From Bacteroidales bacterium (GTDB lineage: Bacteria; Bacteroidota; Bacteroidia; Bacteroidales; WCHB1-69), in contig CAUVYH020000004.1 in NCBI GenBank assembly GCA_963556065.3, positions 36,928 through 100,927 on the forward strand: 64,000 nt of DNA, written 5' to 3'. Positions 1-9,833 of the stretch are shown here, piece by piece (positions within the stretch are counted from its first letter, which is position 1; every line of letters starts with the position of its first letter). The position numbers and the translations under genes were made by a program. The notes beneath the pieces were generated by a model. The model was not told the DNA's origin and searched no databases. It was given only the letters and a program-made list of their open reading frames with translations.

Positions 1-21
1 ACTATATAAACATCATAAATT

Positions 22-1564
22 ATGAACATTATTCTTATTATTATCGCTGCACTTGTTGGAATAGCCGCAGGTATCGGCTTATCATATTCGCTCATTCGAA
101 AATCGATTGAAAAAGGAAGCGAAAAACTAAAAAAAGAAGCTATCGAAGAAGCTGAACTCATTAAAAAAGAACGAATTTTACAAGCTAAAGAAAAACTTCC
201 TTCAACTTAAAACCGAACACGAAAAGCTCGTTAACGAGCGCAACCAACAAATTTTAGTAGTAGAAAACAGAACAAAACAAAAAGAATCTCAAATCGACCA
301 AAAAATTCAGGAACTCGAACGCAAACAGGAAGAAGCTAAGGCTACGAAAGAAAAATACGAGGCTCAAATTGAAACAATTAATGTAAAGAAACAAGAACTT
401 GAAAAAGCGATTAAGCAAGAACTCGAAAAACTTGAAAGAATAGCGGGATTAAGTTCAGAACAAGCAAAAGACCAGATCATCGAGTTGATGAAAGATGAAG
501 CAAAAACAGATGCTGCGATGCTTATCAATGATATCATGGATGAAGCTAGAATGACCGCTAATGTTGAATCGAAGAAAATCGTAATTGAAAGTATCCAACG
601 CACTGCCGTTGAAAATGCACTTGAAAACAGTGTTTCTGTTTTTAATATTGATAACGACGAAATAAAAGGTCGTATCATCGGGCGTGAAGGTCGTAACATT
701 CGTGCATTAGAATCGCTGACTGGGGTGGATATCATCATTGACGATTCTCCTGATGCAATCCTTCTTTCCAGTTTCGACCCAGTTCGCCGTGAAGTTGCCC
801 GCTTATCTTTGCATAAGCTGGTTACCGACGGTCGCATTCATCCTGCCCGCATTGAAGAAGTAGTAGCAAAAACGAAAAAGCAGATTGAGCAGGAAATTAT
901 AGAAATAGGTAAACGTACCACCATCGACTTGGGAATTCATGGAATGCATGGTGAATTGGTACGAATGATCGGCAAAATGAGATACCGTTCATCCTACGGG
1001 CAAAACCTGCTTCAACACTCTAGAGAGGTCGCTAATCTGTGCGCTACTATGGCCGCTGAACTTGGCTTAAATCCAAAAATCGCCAAGCGCGCCGGGTTAC
1101 TTCATGATATTGGAAAAGTTCCCGATAATGAACCTGAACTACCACACGCAATATTAGGCATGCAGTTAGCTGAAAAATTCAAGGAAAAACCAGAAGTTTT
1201 TAATGCCATTGGTGCCCATCACGACGAAGTGGAAATGGAATCGTTATACGCTCCTATCGTTCAGGTTTGCGATGCCATCTCCGGTGCTCGCCCGGGTGCT
1301 CGTCGTGAAGTAGTAGAGGCCTATATCAAACGTTTGAATACACTCGAAGAAATGGCACTATCTTATCCTGGTGTAATAAAAACTTATGCCATTCAAGCAG
1401 GTCGCGAACTTCGTGTAATTGTCGGTGCTGAAAAAGTAACTGATGCTCAGGCAAATCAAATTTCGATGGATCTTTCCAGAAAGATTCAAAACGAAATGAC
1501 TTATCCCGGACAAATCAAGATTACTGTAATTCGGGAGATGCGTTCGGTAGCTTTCGCTAAGTAA
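22..1564 (+). pseudogene. rny: ribonuclease Y, frame broken once near 190-197 (likely consensus error)
   Basis: ORF 22..210 gives the N-terminal TM anchor (IILIIIAALVGIAAGIGL). From about 196 the next frame reads [20 protein letters not shown]... and runs without a stop into ORF 485..1564, which has KH ([15 protein letters not shown]) and HD (LLHDIGK, GAHHDE) motifs. The span is 1543 nt, not a multiple of 3. The break is at the A5 run in gaaaaac. Confidence 0.85.
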
Positions 1565-1588
1565 AGTTCATCAAAACAGACTTTAAAA

Positions 1589-1631
1589 ATCAGCTTACCC
1601 CAATATTAAGGAGAGGCTGATTTTTTTTTTT
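1589..1631 (+). terminator. rho-independent terminator after rny
   Basis: Imperfect hairpin atcagc...gctgat followed by a T11 run (1621-1631), 25 nt after the rny stop. Confidence 0.6.
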
Positions 1632-1722
1632 GACATTCATTTGATGTTTTAATTTTACAAAGAATAGAGGTTGATCATATTCGACCTCTTTTTTGTAATT
1701 TTGTTCGAAACAAAAGCAATTC

Positions 1723-2967
1723 ATGACACAAATTCAAATCATAGCTCTTGTAATCTTTACCATCACATATATCGGCATTATTTTTACCCGTTTGCCCTGG
1801 ATAAATATCGACCGGCCTTCTGCCGCATTTTTTGGTGCTGTGGCAATGATTCTTTTTGGTGTACTTTCATTTGATGAAGCCATAGCTGCCATCGATTTCA
1901 ACACCATTGCGCTGTTGCTGGGGATGATGATTGTGATTACGACACTTCAGCTCGACGGCTTCTTCGAGTTTATTGCCCGAAAAACCATTAAATATGCAAA
2001 AACTGAAAACGCGCTTCTCTTCCATATAATTTTGATTTCGGGACTGGGAAGCGCATTCATGGTTAATGATGTGGTAGTCTTGCTTTTTACGCCCATCATC
2101 ATTTCATTATGTAAAAAATTCAAAATCAATCCCATTCCCTACTTGATTGCCGAAATTTTAGCCTCGAATATCGGTAGTGCCATGACTATTACCGGAAATC
2201 CTCAAAATATGCTGATCGGTATTCATTCCGGAATTTCTTACAGCTCTTTTTTGCTTCATCTTCTCCCCATTTCTTTGATTGGAATGGGAATTATCTATTT
2301 TGTAATTAAAAAAATATACAGAAAAGAGTTTAATCACCCGTTACAAATTACAGAAAACGGCACTCACAAGCCCTATAACTTCAAATCCATGTACGTTTCC
2401 GTCCCCATTTTCGGAATGATTGTCATCCTTTTCTTTTTCAGCAATTCGCTGGGAGTATCCATTCCTTTAATTGCATTGGTCGGGGCATCAGTTATTCTAC
2501 TTTTCGGAAGAATTCGTCCTTCCGCTATCATTAAAGATATTGACTGGGTGCTGCTCTTATTTTTTGCATCGCTTTTTATCGTGGTTAAGGGAATTGAGCA
2601 CGTGGAACTTATGGATGATATTAAATCGATGACATTTATCTCCAATGATCTTCATGGAATAGGAATGATTCACGGCATTGGGCTTGTATTCTCGCAAATT
2701 GTGAGCAATGTTCCGTTAGTTGTGGCCATGCTCCCAATGATGCATCCCGCTCAGGGCAATATTTTATGGCTTGCACTGGCATCCGCCTCCACGCTTGCCG
2801 GGAATGCAACAATCATTGGAGCAATGGCAAACCTGATTGTAATTGAATCGGCAAAAAAAGAGGGAATTCAAATCAAGTTTATGGAGTTTTTTAAATCCGG
2901 AATGATTGTCACCCTGCTAAGCTTTGTGATTTCCATCGGAGTGCTCTGGCTGGAATTGATTTGCTGA
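1723..2967 (+). CDS. ArsB/NhaD-superfamily (SLC13/citrate-transporter-like) anion permease
   Basis: 414-aa polytopic membrane protein. Motifs ITGNPQNMLIG and GNATIIGAMANLIV are typical of this permease superfamily. Confidence 0.7.
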   Translation: MTQIQIIALVIFTITYIGIIFTRLPWINIDRPSAAFFGAVAMILFGVLSFDEAIAAIDFNTIALLLGMMIVITTLQLDGFFEFIARKTIKYAKTENALLFHIILISGLGSAFMVNDVVVLLFTPIIISLCKKFKINPIPYLIAEILASNIGSAMTITGNPQNMLIGIHSGISYSSFLLHLLPISLIGMGIIYFVIKKIYRKEFNHPLQITENGTHKPYNFKSMYVSVPIFGMIVILFFFSNSLGVSIPLIALVGASVILLFGRIRPSAIIKDIDWVLLLFFASLFIVVKGIEHVELMDDIKSMTFISNDLHGIGMIHGIGLVFSQIVSNVPLVVAMLPMMHPAQGNILWLALASASTLAGNATIIGAMANLIVIESAKKEGIQIKFMEFFKSGMIVTLLSFVISIGVLWLELIC

Positions 2968-3205
2968 TTTGATAATTCGAAAATTTTAAAATGAGATAAC
3001 CCCGCCAAGTCGAGACAAATTGTGCTAATCATACAATACGAGTATTGACCGAAAACAAAGATATGTGAGTCAATAAATATGTCAAATCCAAATCAATTAA
3101 ATAGTCCTCACTCCATAAAAAATGTGTATTTTTATCAAAAATTGACAGAATAAATATTGATTCTACACGTTTTGGTTAATCATTGAATTCAAAAAGATAA
3201 AAACA

Positions 3206-4489
3206 TTGAAAAAAATATTTCTTTTAATCCTATTCACTATTCTCTTGAGCTCTTTTGTAAATGCACAATGGAAAATGTCGGAGAGTGGAACTCAAAACGC
3301 CCTCAACGGCATTCATTTTGCCGATTCTAAGATTGGTTATACCTGCGGAAGAGATGGACTCATTTTGAAAACCATCGATGGCGGAAACCATTGGATTAAA
3401 AAAAACAGCGGAACCGTTGAAGACTTAACAGCTATTTTTTTCACAGATCCAAAAATCGGCTACATTGCCGGACGCAATGGAATTATTTTAAAGACCACGA
3501 ATGGTGGCGAAAGTTGGGAAAAACTAAATAGCGGAACCTCTTTTGAACTTAATTCCGTGTTTTTTGTCAACGCAAATATTGGATATATAGCCTGTTCGTA
3601 TGGAACCATTCTCAAAACTACTGATGCGGGATTAACATGGGCACTCATAAAAACGAATACGATTCCTTCCATTAGTTCCGTATTCTTTTTGAATATCGAT
3701 ACAGGATACGCTGTAAACACTTATGGGCAAATTTTAAAAACCACTGATGGTGGAAAAAATTGGATTACTAAACAAACCGAAACCACCCGATGGCTTCACG
3801 CTATCCATTTTCCTACTGCCGATACCGGTTATGCCGTAGGATCGGGTGGCATTATCCTGAGAACCATTGATGGGGGAAAAAATTGGACCTTTCAAACGAG
3901 CGGAATTTATTACGAACTCTATTCCGTTTATTTTACCAGTGCAACTAAAGGTTATGCGGTAAGTCATTTTGCCGATATTGTTAAAACAGAAGACGGCGGT
4001 GAAACCTGGGAAGTGGACGACTCTTTTTTAACCGGATTTCTAAATTCAAAAATCAGCCTTAAAGGAGATTATACCAGCGATGAATATCTCGAAGCATCCA
4101 CTTTTTCGATCCGGAATGAATGTCATGGACTCTATTCAATGTGTTTCCCCAATGCCAACACCGGATTCGCCTGCGGTCACAACGGCACCATCCTAAAATT
4201 GAAAACCGCAAACACAGCCATTGAAAATGCAAGCGAAAATACAGTGGTTGACTCATTGTCTATTTATCCAAATCCGGCAAAAGAGGCGATCAACATCACC
4301 ACAAACCATCCGGTCAACGAACATTGTATGATCACCATTTACAACATGTTGGGAGACGTAATCTTCTCCGAAAAACTTAATCGGGCAAAAATGCAAATCG
4401 ACATCCGAAACTACAGCACCGGTATTTATTTGGTTGAAATCAAAGGAGACAACTGGGTTGAAAAACAGAAGCTGATTATTCAGAGATAA
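3206..4489 (+). CDS. secreted Ycf48/BNR-like beta-propeller repeat protein with T9SS C-terminal sorting domain
   Basis: Signal peptide. At least 7 repeats of the form GY..G..G.ILKT.DGG..W. C-terminus SIYPNPAKEAINI...GIYLVEIKGDNWVEKQKLIIQR is a T9SS CTD. Start codon is TTG. Confidence 0.7.
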   Translation: MKKIFLLILFTILLSSFVNAQWKMSESGTQNALNGIHFADSKIGYTCGRDGLILKTIDGGNHWIKKNSGTVEDLTAIFFTDPKIGYIAGRNGIILKTTNGGESWEKLNSGTSFELNSVFFVNANIGYIACSYGTILKTTDAGLTWALIKTNTIPSISSVFFLNIDTGYAVNTYGQILKTTDGGKNWITKQTETTRWLHAIHFPTADTGYAVGSGGIILRTIDGGKNWTFQTSGIYYELYSVYFTSATKGYAVSHFADIVKTEDGGETWEVDDSFLTGFLNSKISLKGDYTSDEYLEASTFSIRNECHGLYSMCFPNANTGFACGHNGTILKLKTANTAIENASENTVVDSLSIYPNPAKEAINITTNHPVNEHCMITIYNMLGDVIFSEKLNRAKMQIDIRNYSTGIYLVEIKGDNWVEKQKLIIQR

Positions 4490-4623
4490 ATCAAGATGAC
4501 TTCGAGGGCATTTGACTCCCATGAGTTTTGTAAGGCAAAAACAACTATCAACTCAGTATATTTCCTATCTCGCCAAAAATTACTACCTTTGATTTTCATA
4601 AAACAAAAGTTAGTAGTTTCCGC

Positions 4624-5001
4624 ATGCTTAAAAATGTGATGATTATCGGACTAGGTGGGTTTTTAGGAACCGTTTCGCGCTATTTGAGCACCTTTTATGT
4701 CCATAAGTGGGTTCCCGTTTCTTTTCCTTTAGGTACTTTTGCTGTGAACATTTTAGGATGTCTGCTTATCGGAATATTTTACGGTATTTCAGCAAAATCG
4801 GAGCTGATGACCAATCAATGGCGGCTTTTTCTTACCGTTGGTTTTTGCGGAGGATTTACCACCTTTTCCACTTTTGCCAACGATAATTTAATGATGATTA
4901 AAGATCAGCAATTTTTATATATGGCTCTTTACACTCTGGGAAGTGTCTCTATCGGCTTATTTATGGTTTACTTGGGACAATTATTGATAAAATCGATTTA
5001 A
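4624..5001 (+). CDS. crcB: fluoride ion channel CrcB/FluC
   Basis: 125-aa protein with 4 TM segments. GGFLGTVSRY and GFCGGFTTFSTF motifs. Confidence 0.9.
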   Translation: MLKNVMIIGLGGFLGTVSRYLSTFYVHKWVPVSFPLGTFAVNILGCLLIGIFYGISAKSELMTNQWRLFLTVGFCGGFTTFSTFANDNLMMIKDQQFLYMALYTLGSVSIGLFMVYLGQLLIKSI

Positions 5002-5002
5002 C

Positions 5003-5356
5003 ATGAAAGAATCAAAAGCCTCAGTATTGCGAATTTATGTCGGAAATACCGATAAAATCAATGGTGCTCCACTATACGAAACCATCGTATATGCGGCAAA
5101 ACGCAAAGGAATGGCCGGTGCTACGGTACTTAAAGGGATTATGGGATTTGGAGCCAATAGCGTTGTCCACTCATCCAAGGTATTTGCCATTTCAGAGGAT
5201 CTTCCAGTGGTTGTGGAAATTGTAGATTCCGACGAACGAATCAACGTTTTTCTGGAAATCATTAAACCATATCTCAGCAATCCCAAATTCGGTATGCTTA
5301 TTACTAGGCAAACCGTGGACGTAATTCATTATTCGCATACAAACACAAACGACTAA
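5003..5356 (+). CDS. DUF190 (PII-like) protein, the usual CrcB partner
   Basis: VLRIYVGNTDKINGAPLYETIV...GATVLKGIMGFG. Starts 2 nt after the crcB stop. Confidence 0.8.
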   Translation: MKESKASVLRIYVGNTDKINGAPLYETIVYAAKRKGMAGATVLKGIMGFGANSVVHSSKVFAISEDLPVVVEIVDSDERINVFLEIIKPYLSNPKFGMLITRQTVDVIHYSHTNTND

Positions 5357-5445
5357 AACACGAACAGTATAGTTATACAAAGACCTATTTCTAAGTGCAT
5401 AAATAATGTATTTTAAGTGCTTTAGTGGTGAAAATCAACATAGAA

Positions 5446-6153
5446 ATGCAACTATTTTTTGGAGAAAAGATATCAGATAAAGAATTATTCCTCTCTCCTG
5501 AGGATTCTAAACATGCCTGCAAATCGTTGCGTAAAAGAGCCGGTGATTCTATTTTTGTCACCGACGGAAACGGGGAGATTTATCAATGCACCATTCTCGA
5601 CGACAATATGAATCGGGTAATTGTAAATATCGATCATGTGGTAGACAATCCATTTCCAAGAAACTATAACCTGCATATTGCCATTTCTCCCTTAAAAAAC
5701 CCCGACCGCTTCGAATGGTTTGTAGAAAAAGCCACAGAAATCGGCATTGATGAAATCACTTCGATTATTTGCTCCCGCACCGAAAAAGGAAAAGTCAACA
5801 CAGACCGGTTGAACCGCATTGCGCTTTCCGCTGCCAAACAGTCCGTAAAAGCAAAGTTGCCACGGATAAATGAGCCCATAACCTTTGAAAAATTTATTCA
5901 AAGCACAGCAAATAGTGCACAACAGAAGTTTATCGCTTGGTGCGAAACCGAACATGAAAAGTTACTGTTTGAAGCCTGTAAAGCCAAAGAGTCCGCTTTA
6001 ATTCTGATTGGTCCTGAAGGAGATTTCACCAAAGAGGAAGTTGAAAAATCATTGCAACAGGGCTTCACTCCCATCAGCTTGGGTCGCTCCCGCTTTAGAA
6101 CCGAAACAGCCGGAATAGTGGCATGCCATGATGTATTTTTGAGAAACCAGTAA
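5446..6153 (+). CDS. rsmE: 16S rRNA (uracil1498-N3)-methyltransferase RsmE
   Basis: MQLFF start, LIGPEGDFT and SLGRSRFRTETAG motifs. I prefer the ATG at 5446 over the GTG at 5425. Confidence 0.85.
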   Translation: MQLFFGEKISDKELFLSPEDSKHACKSLRKRAGDSIFVTDGNGEIYQCTILDDNMNRVIVNIDHVVDNPFPRNYNLHIAISPLKNPDRFEWFVEKATEIGIDEITSIICSRTEKGKVNTDRLNRIALSAAKQSVKAKLPRINEPITFEKFIQSTANSAQQKFIAWCETEHEKLLFEACKAKESALILIGPEGDFTKEEVEKSLQQGFTPISLGRSRFRTETAGIVACHDVFLRNQ

Positions 6154-6199
6154 ACCGAGTAAACCAAGTAAACTAAGTAAAACGGTCCACAAGTAAAAG
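6149..6199 (+). repeat. tandem 9-mer words (AG)TAAACCNAG, left arm of a long hairpin
   Basis: cag taaaccgag taaaccaag taaactaag taaaacggt ... aagtaaaagg. Overlaps the rsmE stop codon. Confidence 0.7.
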
Positions 6200-6268
6200 G
6201 AGTTCTAAAGCCTCTAAGTTACCTTATCACTATATAAATATTAAACTTTGAAATCTAAACAATAAAAC

Positions 6269-6631
6269 ATGCAAACACATAAAGATTTAGACGTTTGGAA
6301 AAATTCAATTTCATTTGTAACTGATATTTATTCAATAACCAAAAATTTCCCTAAAGAAGAAGTCTATGGAATTACAAGTCAAATTAGAAGATCTGCCGTT
6401 TCAATACCATCAAATATAGCCGAAGGCGCTGGAAGAAATCATGTTAAAGAGAATATCCAATTCTTGTATATCAGCCTAGGAAGTTTATCTGAACTGGAAA
6501 CTCAACTGATTATTTCACACAATTTGGGATTTATAGATAATGAAATATTGGACGATATTTGCACAAAAATGAAACTTATCACAAGCCAAATAAGTGGTTT
6601 AATAAATTACATGAAGTCCAAAATCAATTAA
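6269..6631 (+). CDS. four-helix-bundle protein (23S rRNA intervening-sequence protein family)
   Basis: HKDLDVWKNSISFVTDIY...ITSQIRRSAVSIPSNIAEGAGR, characteristic of this family. Confidence 0.85.
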   Translation: MQTHKDLDVWKNSISFVTDIYSITKNFPKEEVYGITSQIRRSAVSIPSNIAEGAGRNHVKENIQFLYISLGSLSELETQLIISHNLGFIDNEILDDICTKMKLITSQISGLINYMKSKIN

Positions 6632-6701
6632 TCAAAATTCCCATAGAAGAACAACAAGTCTCAACACTTAACTCCGTCTTCCTATTTTATTAAGTTCATC
6701 A

Positions 6702-6833
6702 GGTTTACTTGTTCTACTGAGTATATCTCTATTTCTTGTTTTACCTGTTCTACTTGTTCTACCTGTTCTACTTGTTCTAAATTATCTACCCAGTTTACGC
6801 GATCGTCTGTTCTACCTATTCATCTTGTACTAC
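6702..6833 (+). repeat. tandem 9-mer words TAC(C/T)TGTTC, right arm complementary to 6149-6199
   Basis: ggtttacttgttctac ... ttacctgttc tacttgttc tacctgttc tacttgttc. GGTTTACT is the reverse complement of AGTAAACC in the left arm. Confidence 0.7.
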
Positions 6834-6907
6834 ATAGTTCCCCTTTGAAAAAAAATTCCCTTCACACTAAAGAAAAATTGCTTATTTTTGAAAATTATTG
6901 CAGATTT

Positions 6908-7558
6908 ATGAAAAAAACAATACTCTACATTTTCTTATTGACAACGATTACTTCCTTTGCCCAGACCAACCTTTCGATTGGGCTGCTAAAATACCGCGGT
7001 GGTGGCGATTGGTATGCAAACCCGACGTCACTTCCAAATCTAATCGCATTTTGCAATAAGAACGTCAACACAAACATTAGTGCGCAACCAGCCACCGTAG
7101 AAGTGGGAAGTACTGACCTTTTCAACTACCCGTTTATTCACATGACTGGTCACGGAAATGTGTTGTTTTCCGATCAGGAGGCAAAAAACCTGCGAACTTA
7201 TCTCGAAGCCGGCGGATTTCTGCATATCGACGATAATTACGGATTGGACAAATTCATCCGTCCGCAAATGAAAAAAGTTTTTCCCGAACTCGATTTTGTG
7301 GAAGTTCCTTTCAATCACCCGATTTATCATCAAAAATTCAATTTCCCAAACGGGTTGCCCAAAATTCATGAGCATGATGGAAAGCCGCCTCAAGGATTTG
7401 GATTGTTTTACAAAGGACGCTTGGTTTGTTTTTACACTTACGAATGCGACTTGGGAGATGGCTGGGAAGACAAGGAGGTGCATCACGATTCCGATGAACT
7501 ACGATTAAAAGCCCTACAAATGGGAGCAAACATAATAAAATACGTATTTAGCTACTAA
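6908..7558 (+). CDS. DUF4159 domain protein
   Basis: Signal peptide MKKTILYIFLL, GGGDWYANPTSLPNL, HMTGHGNV, GGFLHIDDNYG. ATG 6908 preferred over TTG 6845. Confidence 0.7.
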   Translation: MKKTILYIFLLTTITSFAQTNLSIGLLKYRGGGDWYANPTSLPNLIAFCNKNVNTNISAQPATVEVGSTDLFNYPFIHMTGHGNVLFSDQEAKNLRTYLEAGGFLHIDDNYGLDKFIRPQMKKVFPELDFVEVPFNHPIYHQKFNFPNGLPKIHEHDGKPPQGFGLFYKGRLVCFYTYECDLGDGWEDKEVHHDSDELRLKALQMGANIIKYVFSY

Positions 7559-7574
7559 TCAAATAATTACTATA

Positions 7575-9740
7575 ATGAAACGAATCAGTTTACTCCTCGC
7601 CTTCTTGGTTCTTGGAAAATTTTCCCTGCTTGCGGATGAGGGAATGTGGCTGCCTATGCTGTTGCAGGCCATGAACGAAAAAGAGATGCAAACCATGGGC
7701 ATGCGAATTAGTGCCGAAGATATTTACAGCGTGAATAAATCAAGCCTCAAAGATGCCATTGTTTTATTTGGCGGAGGTTGTACTGCAGAAATTGTTTCCA
7801 ATCAAGGACTTATTCTAACTAATCATCATTGTGGCTTCAGCAATATCCAACAACACAGTTCACTTGAGCATGACTACCTTACACAGGGATTTTGGGCTGC
7901 ATCAAAAACAGAAGAACTGCCCAACAAAGGGCTCACCGTCACTTTGCTTATCCGTATGGAAGATATTACAAATCAGGTATTGACGGGAGTTTCCAGAAGC
8001 ATGAATGAAGTTGACAGAGCGGCTCAAATCGATAAAAACATAGAAAAAATCACAAAAACAGCAATTAAAGGAACTCATTACAATGCAGTGATAAAACCGT
8101 TTTACTATGGCAATAAATATTATATGTTCGTGAATGAAACCTTTAAAGATATTCGGTTGGTGGGAGCTCCTCCTTCAAACATTGGGAAATTTGGTGGTGA
8201 TACCGATAACTGGATGTGGCCAAGACATACCGGCGACTTTTCCATGTTCCGCATTTATACTGCACCCGATGGAAGTCCTGCAGAATATTCCAAAGAAAAC
8301 ATTCCTTATGTCCCAAAGCGCAGTTTGGAAATCTCGTTAAACGGATACCAAAAGGGCGATTTCACGTTTGTTTTCGGCTATCCGGGCAGAACCCAACAAT
8401 TCACGACCTCGCAAGGGATCAAACTGGAAACAGAATATGTAAATCCCATTGCAATCAGCATGCGCGACAAACGATTGGAAATCATCAAGCAATATATGAA
8501 TTCCGATCCCGCAATTCGCATTCAATATGCAGCAAAAGCTGCCACCATAGCCAATGCCTGGAAAAAGTGGATTGGTGAAGACCGAGGAATCAAGCGATTG
8601 AACGCAGTCGAAAAAAAGAGAACATTCGAAAGTCAATTTAATGTTTGGGCAAATGAAACACCTGAGCGTAAAGAGAAATATGGCTCATTACTAGCTTCTT
8701 TTGACGAAGTTTATACTCAAATGAAGCCTTATCAGCTCTCCTATACATATTTTACCGAGGCTGCTTATATCATTGACATGCTACGCTTTACACTAAATTT
8801 CAGGACATTGGTGGATGCATCCCAAAAGAAAGAGATCACCCAAGAAAAAATCGATAATATCACCAAAAAGCTGATTGAAACCTCAGAAGAGTGGCATAAA
8901 AACTATCGGCCCGAAATTGACAAAAAAATCATGGTTTATCTGTTATCCCAATATTATAGCAAGCATGATCGGAATTTCCAACCCGAAATACTCCTTCAAA
9001 CGGGAGATAAATACAAAGGCGATTTTGACAAGGCAATTACTGAGTTCTACAAGTCTTCGATTTTTGCCAATAAAGACAAATTGTTGAGTTTTCTCAAAGG
9101 ATATTCAAAGGGCAAATTCAAGAAAATTATTGCGGATCCCTTTTACCAAATGGCCGTTGGAACGGTTGATTATTATGGTAAAACAATCCAATCCCCACTC
9201 ATTGCGTTCGATAATAAACTCGACAGCCTCTATCGGATATACACAGCGGCGATTTTCGAGATGAATCCCTCCAAACGGTTCTATCCCGATGCAAATCTCA
9301 CCCTCCGGGTTGCTTACGGCAAAGTAAACGATTACCAACCCATGGATGGCGTTACCTATAAATATTTTACTACGTTGGACGGCATCATGCAAAAAGAAAA
9401 TCCGGACATTTACGATTATGTGGTTGAAAAGAAGCTCAAAGCGTTATACAACAACAAAGACTATGGCCGTTATGGCGATAAAGATGGGTCGATGCATGTG
9501 GCCTTTATCGCTTCCAACCACACGACCGGGGGCAACTCCGGAAGTCCGGTGCTGAATGCCGACGGTCAGCTGATCGGGATTAATTTCGACCGGAATTGGG
9601 AAGGCACGATGAGCGATTTAATGTACGACCCCAATCAATGCCGAAATATTTCGCTGGACATTCGCTATTGTTTGTTTATTATTGATAAATTTGCGGAAGC
9701 GAAATGGCTGATTGATGAAATGAATATTGTAAAGAAATAA
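7575..9740 (+). CDS. S46 family dipeptidyl-peptidase (DPP7/DPP11-like)
   Basis: Mature N-terminus DEGMWLP. Catalytic motifs LTNHHCG and TTGGNSGSPV. 721 aa. Confidence 0.9.
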   Translation: MKRISLLLAFLVLGKFSLLADEGMWLPMLLQAMNEKEMQTMGMRISAEDIYSVNKSSLKDAIVLFGGGCTAEIVSNQGLILTNHHCGFSNIQQHSSLEHDYLTQGFWAASKTEELPNKGLTVTLLIRMEDITNQVLTGVSRSMNEVDRAAQIDKNIEKITKTAIKGTHYNAVIKPFYYGNKYYMFVNETFKDIRLVGAPPSNIGKFGGDTDNWMWPRHTGDFSMFRIYTAPDGSPAEYSKENIPYVPKRSLEISLNGYQKGDFTFVFGYPGRTQQFTTSQGIKLETEYVNPIAISMRDKRLEIIKQYMNSDPAIRIQYAAKAATIANAWKKWIGEDRGIKRLNAVEKKRTFESQFNVWANETPERKEKYGSLLASFDEVYTQMKPYQLSYTYFTEAAYIIDMLRFTLNFRTLVDASQKKEITQEKIDNITKKLIETSEEWHKNYRPEIDKKIMVYLLSQYYSKHDRNFQPEILLQTGDKYKGDFDKAITEFYKSSIFANKDKLLSFLKGYSKGKFKKIIADPFYQMAVGTVDYYGKTIQSPLIAFDNKLDSLYRIYTAAIFEMNPSKRFYPDANLTLRVAYGKVNDYQPMDGVTYKYFTTLDGIMQKENPDIYDYVVEKKLKALYNNKDYGRYGDKDGSMHVAFIASNHTTGGNSGSPVLNADGQLIGINFDRNWEGTMSDLMYDPNQCRNISLDIRYCLFIIDKFAEAKWLIDEMNIVKK

Positions 9741-9743
9741 AAA

Positions 9744-9830
9744 GTGGATCAGTTGATGGGTTTATAGGTTGATCAGTTGGGGTTTCCCTATAAACTTATA
9801 AACCAATAAACTTATAAACTTAAAATAACA
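9744..9830. repeat. word palindrome (GTTGAT/GTTTAT arms versus ATAAAC arms)
   Basis: gtggatcagttgatgggtttataggttgatcagttggggttt / ccctataaacttataaaccaataaacttataaac. Confidence 0.6.
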
Positions 9831-9833
9831 GAA

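Noticed and set aside
364-837. Antisense or overlapping ORFs in the six-frame track: 364..837, 1671..1874, 3460..4522 set, 5035..5380 set, 7040..7486, 8216..8578, 10664..11102, 11548..11904, 12549..13310 set, 17547..18149 set, 19300..19644, 23033..23314, 23547..24297, 25544..25852, 30282..30911, 37068..37424, 41053..41367, 42224..42719, 44129..44467, 47571..48158 set, 48441..48824, 54006..55811 set, 58193..59161 set, 62678..62881, 63533..63868.
   Set aside because: Each lies inside or antisense to a longer ORF with clear family motifs. Their composition is low-complexity, typical of shadow ORFs in AT-rich DNA.
4490-4623. Fluoride (crcB-motif) riboswitch expected upstream of crcB-DUF190.
   Set aside because: Only a weak resemblance (tttgactccca versus the conserved AUGACUCCUA part). 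I could not find the 5' GGnGAUGG/pseudoknot half, so there is no support by eye. A cmscan would settle it.
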